From an uncultured Gammaproteobacteria bacterium (GTDB taxonomy: Bacteria; Patescibacteriota; Patescibacteriia; UBA1558; UBA10009), in contig CAZPMS010000004.1 of assembly GCA_964588165.1 (NCBI GenBank), positions 32,019 to 96,018 on the forward strand: DNA of 64,000 nt, given 5' to 3'. A program made the translations under genes and the position numbers. The notes beneath the pieces are model-generated. The model was not told the DNA's origin. It did not search any database and worked only from the letters and a program-made list of their open reading frames with translations. Below are positions 27,711 through 37,616 of this stretch, one piece after another. Each line of letters begins with the position of its first letter. Position 1 is the stretch's first letter.

Positions 27711-27852
27711 AAAAAGCTTTACTACTACTTGTCATCTCGACCGAACCCGCCGATTCGGCGGGGAAGCGGAGAGATCCCGCTAATTTAGCACGTACTATTG
27801 ATTATGGGATCCTTCGGCAGGCTCAGGATGACAGTTGAATAAAGCTTTTTCC
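27711..27852. repeat. Palindromic intergenic element, copy B. The left arm is near-identical to copy A; the central loop is inverted relative to A.
   Basis: Outer inverted repeat AAAAAGCTTTA/TAAAGCTTTTT. Arms tgtcatctcgaccgaacccgccgattcggcggggaagcggagagatcccg ... gggatccttcggcaggctcaggatgacag. Confidence 0.6.
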
Positions 27853-27915
27853 CTAGCATTAGCCAAAAAATGATTGAGCCTTGGCCTGAAGTGGCGCGAA
27901 GCGTCTACTTCAGGC

Positions 27916-27944
27916 TTGACTTTTTTACCAAAGTATGCTATGAT
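27916..27944 (+). promoter_or_regulatory. Sigma70-like promoter (TTGACT, 17-bp spacer, TATGAT) for a GC-rich cassette, preceded by GC-rich hairpin GCCTGAAGT...ACTTCAGGC
   Basis: ttgact at 27916-27921 and tatgat at 27939-27944. GGAG RBS 7 nt before ATG 28019. Confidence 0.55.
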
Positions 27945-28018
27945 TATATATTAAATTGAACCTTGATTTTGTTAAAAACATAAGCAAAAAGCTGTAAAAA
28001 CCTGAACTGGAGAACAAG

Positions 28019-28735
28019 ATGAAGAGAGTCAACGTTATTGACTGCAGGCATTACCAGTATATGAATCCCAATGGTCTCGCTCCAGATACCGCCAGGACCA
28101 TCAAGAAACTCTACCAATTGCCCACTGAACAGGGCGCGTGGGAAGCAGTAACCATGGCAAATCTGCTGACTGAGGTGGGTACCATCCCCGCTATCATCGG
28201 ACATTCGCCGCAGCGTCGTGGCAAGGGCATGGCCGAACTGGTCAAACTCCAGGCCGGCTGGGCAACGAAAATGGTGGAATGCGACCGTGGTTTGAACGAC
28301 CTGGGCAGTGATCTAAACGCCCAGGAACTGATTCCGAAAATCGTCGCCTTCTCCCAGGAGAACAGCTGTTCGGTGGAAGAAGCTGTACTGCTCCTTCCAG
28401 AGGCACGCGAATACATCTTCGAGCGGAATCATGATCGTGTCAGGGACATTCAATACCTCTGCGGCCTGGTCAATGCCGGCGATACCGTATTCATGTCCAG
28501 CCACGGCGGTTCCATAGAGCCCACGGTTCTAAGGCTCCTGCTTCTGCAGCAGGAAACTCCGCTGATTGATCAAACAGCAAACATGCTCAATGTCGAAAAC
28601 CTGAGTAACTTCGGCGGCATGCTGGGGACCGGTGAAGCCTTCACCTACACCCTGATCTTGGATGACGATGGCAACATTGTTGCCGCCGAAAACATCCATT
28701 CCATCCGCCTGCCGGATTATCCACTCGCGAAGTAG
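28019..28735 (+). CDS. Foreign (~55% GC) gene. Possible histidine-phosphatase-superfamily (SixA/PGM-like) protein.
   Basis: Strong compositional contrast with flanks. Motifs CRHYQYMNPNG (RH...N) and SSHGGSIEPTVLRLL resemble the RHG and SHGG motifs of PF00300. Own promoter and terminator. The functional call is tentative. Confidence 0.55.
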   Translation: MKRVNVIDCRHYQYMNPNGLAPDTARTIKKLYQLPTEQGAWEAVTMANLLTEVGTIPAIIGHSPQRRGKGMAELVKLQAGWATKMVECDRGLNDLGSDLNAQELIPKIVAFSQENSCSVEEAVLLLPEAREYIFERNHDRVRDIQYLCGLVNAGDTVFMSSHGGSIEPTVLRLLLLQQETPLIDQTANMLNVENLSNFGGMLGTGEAFTYTLILDDDGNIVAAENIHSIRLPDYPLAK

Positions 28736-28773
28736 TACTCTCAATCGACCTTGGTCGAAAAAGAGTCAACAAT

Positions 28774-28813
28774 AAAACCGCATCTCAGCCATGAGAAGCG
28801 GTTTTTTCTTTTT
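28774..28813 (+). terminator. Rho-independent terminator (AAACCGCATCTCA-GCCA-TGAGAAGCGGTTT plus T-tract)
   Basis: Read directly after the stop of the GC-rich gene. Confidence 0.55.
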
Positions 28814-28820
28814 GCTAAAA

Positions 28821-30008
28821 TTATAAATATTTATTTAAATCTTTTTTAAATTGATTAAAGTTCTTAACAAAAATAGTTTTTATACCCATTTTTTTAGCAT
28901 CCACTAAATTATTTCTCTGATCATCTGCATAAACTATTTCCTGCGGTTTAACCTTTAATCTTTTCACGACTTCATTTAGAGTTGCCTTACTGGCTTTTGG
29001 CAGGCCAAGTTCATAAGTATTAATAATATTTTTAAAATGTTTTTTAAAGCCAAATTTTTTAACTGCAAAACTAAATTGACTTCTGGTATTTTTAGAAAGT
29101 AATAATGTTTTATAGCCTTTTTTATTTAGTTCTTTATTTAATTCTATTGTTTTTTTATTAAGTTTAAAAAAACTGTAATGTAAATCTCTTAGCTGTTGCC
29201 AAGTTATCGGTAAATTACAATCATCAACTGTTTTTTGCCAAGCTTCTGTTTGGGTAATTTTCCTTTCTGCTGCTTGGTTAAAATATTTAAAATACATTAT
29301 ATCCTGGTATTTTTTATAACTTCCGCCGTACTTTTTAACCAAAGCCTTAGAAGTATCCGGATAGCCGGAACTTAAAATCAAACCATAGCAATCAAATATA
29401 ACCAGCTTAATCTTTGGTTTTAAATAATTTGATAACTCTTTTTTAAACTGATTATAATTTTTATATTGAATTCCTTTTATATTATACTTAGCTGCAACTT
29501 TTAAATATTTTTCTATGTCATCAATAAATATTACTTCTTCACCTTTTACTTTATATTTATCCAAAACATACTTAAACATTTTTGGATTTGTTTTTATTAT
29601 TTTTATTTTTTGAGAGTTTATGACTTCATCAAAAATTTTATCATACTTAAATTTTTTATTTAAATAATCAATATAATTCTGAAAATTGTTACTTAATAAA
29701 ATTATTTTATAGTTCTTGCTTAATTTCTTGGCCAAATTTAATACTTGCTCATTGGCCTTATGAAGATTTAGATGCATTTCTTCAATCTTTCTACCGGTAA
29801 CTTTTAATCCTAATGATCTTATAGAATCGTTCCAAGCATTTAAAGAATTCGCATTTTTGCCGCAAGTCTCTAAAAAATGTCTATCATGACAAATTTTATA
29901 AACATGCTTAAAGGAAAGATTGTATTTCTTTGCTATTGCCTTGCAGGTTTTAGGATAACCGCCATCTAAAGCAACTCCAGCTGAATCAAAAATTATTAGT
30001 TTAATCAT
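28821..30008 (-). CDS. Tandem double HAD-like hydrolase/phosphatase protein (two repeats, motif-I variants FDSAGV and FDCYGL, motif IV DD)
   Basis: Internal duplication: MIKLIIFDSAGVALDGGYP and IKLVIFDCYGLILSSGYP. DD motifs at IFIDDIEKY and VYADDQRNN. Last gene of the paralog operon. Confidence 0.7.
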   Translation of the reverse strand: MIKLIIFDSAGVALDGGYPKTCKAIAKKYNLSFKHVYKICHDRHFLETCGKNANSLNAWNDSIRSLGLKVTGRKIEEMHLNLHKANEQVLNLAKKLSKNYKIILLSNNFQNYIDYLNKKFKYDKIFDEVINSQKIKIIKTNPKMFKYVLDKYKVKGEEVIFIDDIEKYLKVAAKYNIKGIQYKNYNQFKKELSNYLKPKIKLVIFDCYGLILSSGYPDTSKALVKKYGGSYKKYQDIMYFKYFNQAAERKITQTEAWQKTVDDCNLPITWQQLRDLHYSFFKLNKKTIELNKELNKKGYKTLLLSKNTRSQFSFAVKKFGFKKHFKNIINTYELGLPKASKATLNEVVKRLKVKPQEIVYADDQRNNLVDAKKMGIKTIFVKNFNQFKKDLNKYL

Positions 30009-30094
30009 ATAATATTGGTCTTATTCATCCCCTCCTTGCCAAGGAGGGGAAAACAACTATCTAAAATTTTGCCGATAACTGACTTGAGAGATGG

Positions 30095-31636
30095 TCAAAT
30101 CTTACGCACTTCTCCATTACTGGCATCAACCTGTACCCTGTCGCCATCTTTTAAAATTTCAGTGGCCACCTTAGTACCTATAATACAAGGAATTTTTAAT
30201 TCCCGGCTGACAATAGCCGCATGGCAAGTTATTCCGCCTAAATCAGTAACAATGGCTCCGGCCTTTTTCATGGCCGGCACTAAATCCGGGTTGGTCATAG
30301 TAGAAACTAAAATATCACCCTTATTCATTTTTTTAAGATCCCGAGTTGTGTTTATAATTCTGACTGTGCCTTCGGCTTTACCTAAACTAGCAGTTTGACC
30401 ATGAAAATAATTCATTTCAGTTAAATCTTCTTTTCGCAGTAAATAATGCTTCATGGAATCAAATATCTTATTAGTAAATACTTTACCCGGTAATTTACCC
30501 TCTACTACTACAAATAAACAACCCTTCATCCTTTTGTGTAAATCAGCCGGCCTATCCAGTTTTCCATCCAGCATTAATTTAACTTCTGGCAATAAACAGT
30601 TTCTTAATTCGTTAACAGACATGCTTAAACGGATAGATATTTCTTTTAGAAGCGGTTCTAGTTCATAGTATGACTGAACCAAACTCATTTTCCGATAATC
30701 TTTAGAATAAATAAACCCTTGAGTTACCTCTAATAACTTTTCATGTTTTTTATCAATTTTTAAATTATTAAGTAATTGATCGTGAATCTTTTTGGACTCT
30801 CTTTTTTCTTGCTGAATTTTTTTTATTTTATCCAAAGGTTTATTATTATCAGATACATCTTTTTTCAACTTCCGCCAAAAATAACTATCTGGAAAAGCCG
30901 GGCCTTCAAAATTATAGCCCATGTATTTATATTTTTTGATATGAGTTTCGACCAGCTTGATAATCTCTTTAGATAAATCTTTTTTCGGCCAAGGGCCGAC
31001 CAGCCTCTGGCTGGTACTCTTAATTTTTGAAGTAATTTTTAATAAGGCAATTTCTTCTTCCTGAACTTTAGAAAGCTTTTCTGGGATAGTTAAAAGAGCA
31101 AAACATTCTTTAGCAGTTTTATTATATTTAGTCTTTCTAACTTGCTTATTTAAATAATTAACTAGATAAGAAGTTAAATGAGGTTTGTATAAATCCATAT
31201 AAACCGGTGAAAGAGATGGATTATAAACTTTACTTTGCCAAACCAAATATTTTTTATAAAGTTGATGCAGTTCTTTATTGGATTTCTTTTTTAAATTTAC
31301 TTTAAAAATATTTTTTGAACTAAACTCAATTAAACCGTCAGAATTTTTTAAAATAATTTTGTTTAAACTAATGCCCCATTGTGGATTTTTTACAACTTTA
31401 TTCAAACCAAATTGACCAAGCTTGGTCCATTCATCATGGTCTACAAAAATTAAACCACTATCTTTCCTGTGCAAACAAATAACATTTTTTTGATACTTGC
31501 CTAAATAATCTCCGGTTCCTTTAATGGCCCCGCACCAGCCAGGATACATTATTGGATATAAAGAAATCGGCTGATTAGGCTCTAGGACCCCCCATTTATA
31601 TTTTTTTAAATTTTGGATTGAGTAAATGTCTTTCAT
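30095..31636 (-). CDS. RPH/YvkC-like phosphotransferase module: variable N-domain plus C-terminal PEP-utilizer phosphohistidine swivel domain (paralog 8 of 8)
   Basis: C-terminus GDILVSTMTNPDLVPAMKKAGAIVTDLGGITCHAAIVSRELKIPCIIGTKVATEILKDGDRVQVDA. No ATP-grasp and no PEP-utilizers_C TIM barrel. Confidence 0.75.
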   Translation of the reverse strand: MKDIYSIQNLKKYKWGVLEPNQPISLYPIMYPGWCGAIKGTGDYLGKYQKNVICLHRKDSGLIFVDHDEWTKLGQFGLNKVVKNPQWGISLNKIILKNSDGLIEFSSKNIFKVNLKKKSNKELHQLYKKYLVWQSKVYNPSLSPVYMDLYKPHLTSYLVNYLNKQVRKTKYNKTAKECFALLTIPEKLSKVQEEEIALLKITSKIKSTSQRLVGPWPKKDLSKEIIKLVETHIKKYKYMGYNFEGPAFPDSYFWRKLKKDVSDNNKPLDKIKKIQQEKRESKKIHDQLLNNLKIDKKHEKLLEVTQGFIYSKDYRKMSLVQSYYELEPLLKEISIRLSMSVNELRNCLLPEVKLMLDGKLDRPADLHKRMKGCLFVVVEGKLPGKVFTNKIFDSMKHYLLRKEDLTEMNYFHGQTASLGKAEGTVRIINTTRDLKKMNKGDILVSTMTNPDLVPAMKKAGAIVTDLGGITCHAAIVSRELKIPCIIGTKVATEILKDGDRVQVDASNGEVRKI

Positions 31637-31716
31637 ATTATACTAATTACTAATCTGTACTAATATACGAATTTGAAAAATTATTAGTATATTAGTAACA
31701 ATTCGTAAATTTGTAA
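31637..31716. promoter_or_regulatory. Inverted pair of the shared motif (tactaatatacgaat / attcgtaaat...tatattagtaac) directly upstream of a paralog sub-operon
   Basis: ctgtactaatatacgaatttg (reverse copy) and ttagtatattagtaacaattcgtaaat (forward copy) within 80 bp. Confidence 0.4.
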
Positions 31717-33234
31717 TTATATTTTTTTAACAATACCTTTTGTGGCGTCAATCTGAACTTTTTGGCCGTCTTTTAAAATTTTAGTGGCAAATCTAGTGCC
31801 AATCACACAAGGAATACTTAGCTCTCGGCTTACAATAGCAGCATGGCAGGTTACTCCGCCTTCATCAGTAACCACTGCGGCTGACTTTTTCATTAACGGT
31901 ACCATATTAGGATTAGTGGCATATGATACTAAAATATCACCAGCTTTAAATTTTGCGTAATCTTCTTTACTATTAATAACTTTAACAATGCCTTTAGCTT
32001 GGCCCTTACAAGCGCACTGCCCTTGAAGCTTTTTTAAACCCTTGGGTACCTTGTGGGCTTTAATATTTTTATTGAATTCTTTAGCTGCTTTACCTGTTAC
32101 TAATCTAATATTACCTTTGACGTTTATATAAAAACAGCGTTTTATTCTTTCGTTAACTTCATTTATATCAACTTCTTTCCTGCCGATTAATATTTCTACG
32201 ATTTCGTCTTTATGTAAATAATGCCCTTGTTTGACTGTTAAACCAAATCTTCTGCCAAATTCTTTAAGTAAAAACTCATAAGCATAATAACTATAATATT
32301 CAATGTCTTTCCTGTAGGCTTTTTGGAATCCAAACTGTCTAACCACCCAAAACATCCATTTGTGTTTTTCATCAACCTTAAGTTGTTTTAACAAATTGTT
32401 CTGTTTTTTCTCTAAAGTTTCTGCTTTCTTTTTTATTTTTACTAATTCTTGATGAGGATCATTTTTAACCCAATCTTTAATAGATGAAACAAAATATTCC
32501 AAATCTAAGAGTGGTCCTTCAAAACCAAAATTAATCCAATTGTATTTTTTTTCGTGAAGTTTGATCTTCTGTAAAAAATATTTATCTTTTTGATCAAGCT
32601 GTTTTATAATTTCTCGAGCTGACTTTTTGAAGATAGTTGAAAGTTTTTGCGACTTCTTAACTTCTATTGCCAACTTTAAAATATTTTCTCTCTCTTTAGC
32701 AGTTATAGTTTTTCTTTTATCCGAAGATAAAATCTGAAAAATTTCTACTAAAGTATATTTTTTGGGAATTGTCAAAGTATTTAAATATTCAGTTAATGAG
32801 TTGGTCCATAAAGGAGTACCGTATTCAGTATAACTAAAAGGAACGCTCCAAGTACTCATCTCATAAAAATAATAATAGAACTTTTCAAACTTCTTAGCTA
32901 ATTGCTTATCGGTTAAAATCGATAAGTCTTCTTTGACGATTTTTTTATTATACTCATGGAATTCATGGATAACATCGCTAACGTTCTTTAATACTTTCTT
33001 TGTTATTTTTTGATCATTGCAAAACATTTTGAAAAAATAAGCAGCTATAGAATTATAAGATTCCAAAACATAGCCTTGCCGGAGGCGCCCATTTGCAAGG
33101 CCAACTGACTGATGATTGGAACCCTTACCAAATTCCCTCACAAAACCGTCATAATTAGCATCAAAATGAAACCCAAACGGAAACAAATTTGCTCCATAAT
33201 TTTCGTTAATTAAAAACCAATTCACTTTTTTCAT
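31717..33234 (-). CDS. RPH/YvkC-like phosphotransferase module (paralog 7): variable N-domain plus His swivel domain
   Basis: C-terminus GDILVSYATNPNMVPLMKKSAAVVTDEGGVTCHAAIVSRELSIPCVIGTRFATKILKDGQKVQIDA. Confidence 0.75.
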   Translation of the reverse strand: MKKVNWFLINENYGANLFPFGFHFDANYDGFVREFGKGSNHQSVGLANGRLRQGYVLESYNSIAAYFFKMFCNDQKITKKVLKNVSDVIHEFHEYNKKIVKEDLSILTDKQLAKKFEKFYYYFYEMSTWSVPFSYTEYGTPLWTNSLTEYLNTLTIPKKYTLVEIFQILSSDKRKTITAKERENILKLAIEVKKSQKLSTIFKKSAREIIKQLDQKDKYFLQKIKLHEKKYNWINFGFEGPLLDLEYFVSSIKDWVKNDPHQELVKIKKKAETLEKKQNNLLKQLKVDEKHKWMFWVVRQFGFQKAYRKDIEYYSYYAYEFLLKEFGRRFGLTVKQGHYLHKDEIVEILIGRKEVDINEVNERIKRCFYINVKGNIRLVTGKAAKEFNKNIKAHKVPKGLKKLQGQCACKGQAKGIVKVINSKEDYAKFKAGDILVSYATNPNMVPLMKKSAAVVTDEGGVTCHAAIVSRELSIPCVIGTRFATKILKDGQKVQIDATKGIVKKI

Positions 33235-33235
33235 A

Positions 33236-34843
33236 TTAGACTTTTTTTACTATCCCCTTAGTGGCGTCCACTTCAACAAGGTCGCCATCTTTTAAAACTT
33301 GGGTGGCAACTTTAGTGCCAATTAAACAGGGTATGCTAAGTTCTCTGGCAACAATAGCTGCATGCGAAGTAACACCGCCTTGTTCAGTAACAATAGCCGC
33401 TGCCTTTTTCATGGCAGTCACAATATCCGGATCAGTGGCAATGGAAACCAAAATATCGCCCTTTTTCATCTTAGACATATCCTTTGGCCTAATAATAATT
33501 TTTACTTTGCCCTTAGCCTTGCCCACACAACCGGTTTGGCCCTGGATTTCCGTTATATCCGAAAGGTCTTTCTGTTTTATTTGCGAAGCCAGCTTTTTAG
33601 CCTGCTTTCCCACAAAGACTTTTTCAAAATCTTTCTCTACATAAAAAACGCAAAACTTGGTTCGCTCTTTAAGATTTTGGCGATTGATTTTATTACTAAG
33701 CAAAGCCTGCTTAATTTCACCAATAATCATGAACCTAATTTGCTTTAAAGTGATGTTTAACCTCTTGGCAATTTCTTTAAGAATCGGCTGCATCCTATAG
33801 ATGGCATAAATTTGGGCATACCTACGATAAATTTTAGTTACCATAAAATCGCCCCAATTATTGAATAAAGTAAGCCAAGCTCCTTTAATGCTAAGTTTTT
33901 TTATAAGTTTTTGACGGTCTGCTAAAATCTTCTTCTGCTCGGCCTGCATATTAGCAAGCATTTTTTCAGCATTTTGCTCCCGACCAACAAACTTAACCAG
34001 CTCCTTTAAATAATAATCAAAACTATTAACGCCTTCTTTGCCGGTCCACAAAAATTTTACGTAAAAATATTTTTCATAATACTTTTGAATAGCCTTTAAT
34101 ATTGAAAGGTGGACTTTACCCCTAATCCCGTTAACTTTACTTTCTAAAAGGTTCTCGTACTCGGGCGTATGGGTGGCTAAACCGTATTTAGCTGCGTTCT
34201 GCTCTTCAAACAGATTGTATAAATTTTTGAATAATTTTTTATGATATTTGTCTTCTTGAATCCTGGCAGCAATTTTTAAAAACTCTTCTTGTTCAATTTG
34301 AATTAAAGATTTTTTCCGAGGATGGGTTAATAAAACCAAATACTCATTTACTTTATCTTCAGTTACATCTATGCCTCGTAAAAATTGTTTAGCCCGCAGA
34401 GTTAAATTATTATGGAACATATCAACAGCTACCGGCAGCCAGCCCCATTGGTAATATTTTGTATGGATCTCATCATGTTTTTTATAATGTTCCCAAAGTT
34501 CTTTTTTAGAAAGTTTATGCAAATTATCTTCCGGCAGTTTTTCGGCAAACGATCTTAACCTATCTGAATATTCTACAATTCTTTTATTGGTTAGGGTAGC
34601 AAACTCCGGCTGGTTAACGTATTTTTTTACCAAATGGCCGCCAACTTCCTTGGAATCTTTCTCGCCATAATAAAACCAAAGGTGATACCCTTTAAATAAA
34701 GTAAGTATTTTTTTATAAGCCTTGCCGCTTGGACTTTTAAACTCGTTAACAAAGCAAGAAAGCCAAATCTGAGCAAAAAATAAATCCATATCAGGAATAT
34801 CTTCTCCTAAATACCAAGGGTCTTTATTATTTAGATGTTTCAT
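33236..34843 (-). CDS. RPH/YvkC-like phosphotransferase module (paralog 6)
   Basis: C-terminus GDILVSIATDPDIVTAMKKAAAIVTEQGGVTSHAAIVARELSIPCLIGTKVATQVLKDGDLVEVDA. Confidence 0.75.
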   Translation of the reverse strand: MKHLNNKDPWYLGEDIPDMDLFFAQIWLSCFVNEFKSPSGKAYKKILTLFKGYHLWFYYGEKDSKEVGGHLVKKYVNQPEFATLTNKRIVEYSDRLRSFAEKLPEDNLHKLSKKELWEHYKKHDEIHTKYYQWGWLPVAVDMFHNNLTLRAKQFLRGIDVTEDKVNEYLVLLTHPRKKSLIQIEQEEFLKIAARIQEDKYHKKLFKNLYNLFEEQNAAKYGLATHTPEYENLLESKVNGIRGKVHLSILKAIQKYYEKYFYVKFLWTGKEGVNSFDYYLKELVKFVGREQNAEKMLANMQAEQKKILADRQKLIKKLSIKGAWLTLFNNWGDFMVTKIYRRYAQIYAIYRMQPILKEIAKRLNITLKQIRFMIIGEIKQALLSNKINRQNLKERTKFCVFYVEKDFEKVFVGKQAKKLASQIKQKDLSDITEIQGQTGCVGKAKGKVKIIIRPKDMSKMKKGDILVSIATDPDIVTAMKKAAAIVTEQGGVTSHAAIVARELSIPCLIGTKVATQVLKDGDLVEVDATKGIVKKV

Positions 34844-34956
34844 ATAACTACTAATTTACAAATAAATACTAATATACAAATATGTGATTCAATTATTAAG
34901 TATATTGGATTTGTATATTAGTACAGATTGGTAATTCGTAATAATTTAATTCGTAG
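34844..34956. promoter_or_regulatory. Shared intergenic inverted-repeat motif (tactaatatacaaat ... tttgtatattagtacagattggtaattcgtaat)
   Basis: Sequence words shared with 24789-24901, 31637-31716 and 40565-40803. Confidence 0.4.
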
Positions 34957-36015
34957 TCATATTTTCTTTATTATACCATTGGCAGCATCAACTTCTACCG
35001 TATCACCGTCTTTTAAAATTTTAGTTGCAATTTTTGTGCCTATAATACAAGGTTTTTTTAATTCCCGAGCCACAATAGCTGCATGCGATAAAATACCGCC
35101 GGAATCAGTAACAAATGCTGAAGCTTTCTTCATTAAAGAAAGAAACTCCGGACGAGTCATGCCGGAAACCAACACATCGCCAGTATTAAATTTTTTAACT
35201 TTGTTTGGATCATGCACTACACGAACCACACCTTTAACCTTTCCAGAGTAAGCTGTCATACCGCGTAGTGTATTGGTAATATTTACCTCAGCCAAAACCT
35301 TTACTAAAGATTCGGCTTTATGTTCATTATATATGCTAAATCGGTTTTTATCACAATATATACCAAAAAGTTTATCACGTTTTTTTAAAAGATCTCTGGA
35401 AGGTAATTTCCCGGTTCGAAAATAATTTATCATTTCATCTTTAATACAACAAAGCACCAACTGGGTAGATATTTTTTCATTTTTTCCAATTTTTTTAGCC
35501 ATTTTTTCCATAAACTGCTCGGTCAAAGTCAATACATCCTCAGCGTACAGCCTTGCTTCCTCAAACTTGCGAAACGATTTCTTAAGTTGATCAGAGGTAA
35601 GCCCATCTACTATATACTTAACATTAATATGTGGTTGATAATATTTAACAAGTTTATTCCAAAAAATATTATACAGTTTTTCGGTAAGCGTGACGTTTTT
35701 ATGCTTTACCATAAACTCACGCAATTCATCAGCTTGACGTTTTAGACTTAAACAAATGATTTTTACTTGCCGATGGTTGCCTTTAATTTCTTCTGCCAAA
35801 TGCTTACATATTGCCTCACGGTCTTTTTGCCTAGCCCAACCCTCGCTCTTGCCATTTCGTATAATAATGATGCTCTCGGGCAAAAATGGCCTACCATTAA
35901 ATTTAATTAACCGTGAATATTGCTCAGCAAAATGGCTGCAAGAAAGTATGCTCCAACTACCGGCCCAAATTTGAAGCCAATCAGGTCTTTGTAATAATTG
36001 AGGAGAGATATACAT
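34957..36015 (-). CDS. RPH/YvkC-like phosphotransferase module (paralog 5), shortened. Its N-domain is ~180 aa shorter, consistent with an internal deletion.
   Basis: 352 aa versus 480-535 aa for the sibling paralogs. Retains the QIW N-terminal motif and an intact swivel domain GDVLVSGMTRPEFLSLMKKASAFVTDSGGILSHAAIVARELKKPCIIGTKIATKILKDGDTVEVDA. Confidence 0.7.
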   Translation of the reverse strand: MYISPQLLQRPDWLQIWAGSWSILSCSHFAEQYSRLIKFNGRPFLPESIIIIRNGKSEGWARQKDREAICKHLAEEIKGNHRQVKIICLSLKRQADELREFMVKHKNVTLTEKLYNIFWNKLVKYYQPHINVKYIVDGLTSDQLKKSFRKFEEARLYAEDVLTLTEQFMEKMAKKIGKNEKISTQLVLCCIKDEMINYFRTGKLPSRDLLKKRDKLFGIYCDKNRFSIYNEHKAESLVKVLAEVNITNTLRGMTAYSGKVKGVVRVVHDPNKVKKFNTGDVLVSGMTRPEFLSLMKKASAFVTDSGGILSHAAIVARELKKPCIIGTKIATKILKDGDTVEVDAANGIIKKI

Positions 36016-36020
36016 AAAGA

Positions 36021-37568
36021 TTATATTTTTTTAATTATTCCCTGAGTGGAGTTAACTTCTACCGTATCACCGTCTTTTAATACTTTATCACAATCTGCTA
36101 CCCCAACCACGCAGGGCACCTGCATTTCTCTGGCCACAATAGCCGTGTGGCAGGTTAAACCGCCGGCACCGCCAATTAAAGCTTTGGCCTTTTTCATGGC
36201 TGGAACTAAATTAGGATTAGTGTTATGGGCCACCATAATATCACCCTTATTCATTTTATCCATATCTTTTGGCACATTGACGATTTTGACAATGCCCTTT
36301 ACTTTTCCGGGGTAAGCGCAGGTACCTTTTAGTTCACTGGTATTATTGGTTATTTTTTTAATTAATATTTTTTTATAAAATTCATTTGCTGCCGAACCTG
36401 AATAGGTTTTATTATAAACTTTGCCGTTTTTACGATACCAATAATCGGCCACAAACCTTTGCCTTTTGTTTAATTCATCCTGATTAATCCGACCGGTTTT
36501 TAGAGCTTGGGTAATTTCCCAAGGTTTTAGCGCCCATACTTGATTTAGGGATAAATGCATTCTTTTAGCAACTTCTTTAAAAACTATTTCGTAATAATAC
36601 ATACTGTTATAAAGAGCATTCTTGCGGTAATCTTTAATAAATACCATTTCCTGGGCCATTTTAATTAAATCTTTTTCATATTGTGTAAAATTCAATTCTT
36701 TTAGCATTTTATTTTGCCGGCTGATCAGTTGTTGCCGCCTTTTAGCAATTTCATTTAAAAGTTTGGTGGGGCTCTGGCCTTCCCTAAAAAATGCCTGCCA
36801 TCTGCCAATGTATTCTACAAGTTCATAAGCTGGCCCGCGGTACTGGAAGGTAAACGAAGTATAAGCATGGTAATGGTTGATAATCTTTTTTGAAATCACC
36901 TGATCTAAATTCTTAATATTATCTGTTAGGTCATCTAAATCAGAATGGATGAAAGTTTCTTTAAGTTTTCTTTTGTTATTTATTAACTTAGCTATCTGTA
37001 AAAAGCTCTCTTCCTCTTTTTCTAAAAAACTTTTTTTATGAGGAGAAGTTAAAACCGGAAAAACTTCAGAAATATTTTTTTTAATCATTGATTTCTTTAA
37101 TTTAGGCTCAATAATTTTAATTATGCCTTTAGTAACCAGTTCCCTTCCTTGGTCGGCATGCCAGGAAAGCGAAGCTCCAATCCCGTGGCTAAATTGGTGA
37201 TGTTTATATATTTTATTAAGAAGTTTTACAATCTGGCCATTGTTTAACTTATTTAAAGCAAGTTTTTTTATAGCTTTAGATTCTTTTAAAAATCGAGTGG
37301 AGACATCCTCTACTTCTTTTAAAATCTTTAGGGCCCAAGCTGGATCTTTAAACATTTTGGCTGACAAAAATTCAGCCTGCTTATCAAACTCTTTAGCAAT
37401 ATAAATCATGTTGCTAAAATCACCCTTATAGTAGGTAATATATTTGTTAAATTCTTTACCCAGACCTTTTTCGGGCCAGTCTTCAAAAAAACTTTTCATG
37501 GGAAAGCCCATCATAAATAAAGTATTTTCTGGAATGTCTTCAACTATTTTCCAAATTTCTTTACTCAT
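36021..37568 (-). CDS. RPH/YvkC-like phosphotransferase module (paralog 4)
   Basis: C-terminus GDIMVAHNTNPNLVPAMKKAKALIGGAGGLTCHTAIVAREMQVPCVVGVADCDKVLKDGDTVEVNS. Confidence 0.75.
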   Translation of the reverse strand: MSKEIWKIVEDIPENTLFMMGFPMKSFFEDWPEKGLGKEFNKYITYYKGDFSNMIYIAKEFDKQAEFLSAKMFKDPAWALKILKEVEDVSTRFLKESKAIKKLALNKLNNGQIVKLLNKIYKHHQFSHGIGASLSWHADQGRELVTKGIIKIIEPKLKKSMIKKNISEVFPVLTSPHKKSFLEKEEESFLQIAKLINNKRKLKETFIHSDLDDLTDNIKNLDQVISKKIINHYHAYTSFTFQYRGPAYELVEYIGRWQAFFREGQSPTKLLNEIAKRRQQLISRQNKMLKELNFTQYEKDLIKMAQEMVFIKDYRKNALYNSMYYYEIVFKEVAKRMHLSLNQVWALKPWEITQALKTGRINQDELNKRQRFVADYWYRKNGKVYNKTYSGSAANEFYKKILIKKITNNTSELKGTCAYPGKVKGIVKIVNVPKDMDKMNKGDIMVAHNTNPNLVPAMKKAKALIGGAGGLTCHTAIVAREMQVPCVVGVADCDKVLKDGDTVEVNSTQGIIKKI

Positions 37569-37616
37569 ATTTTTTTATTATATTTTTTTTGTCCTGCTGT
37601 TCGGGACTTCGCGAGG

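Noticed and set aside
28111-28744. Minus-strand ORFs (27944..28204, 28111..28416, 28313..28504, 28529..28744) in the GC-rich cassette
   Set aside because: High-GC DNA generates long antisense ORFs. The plus-strand 238-aa ORF has the promoter, RBS and terminator and a coherent domain-like sequence.
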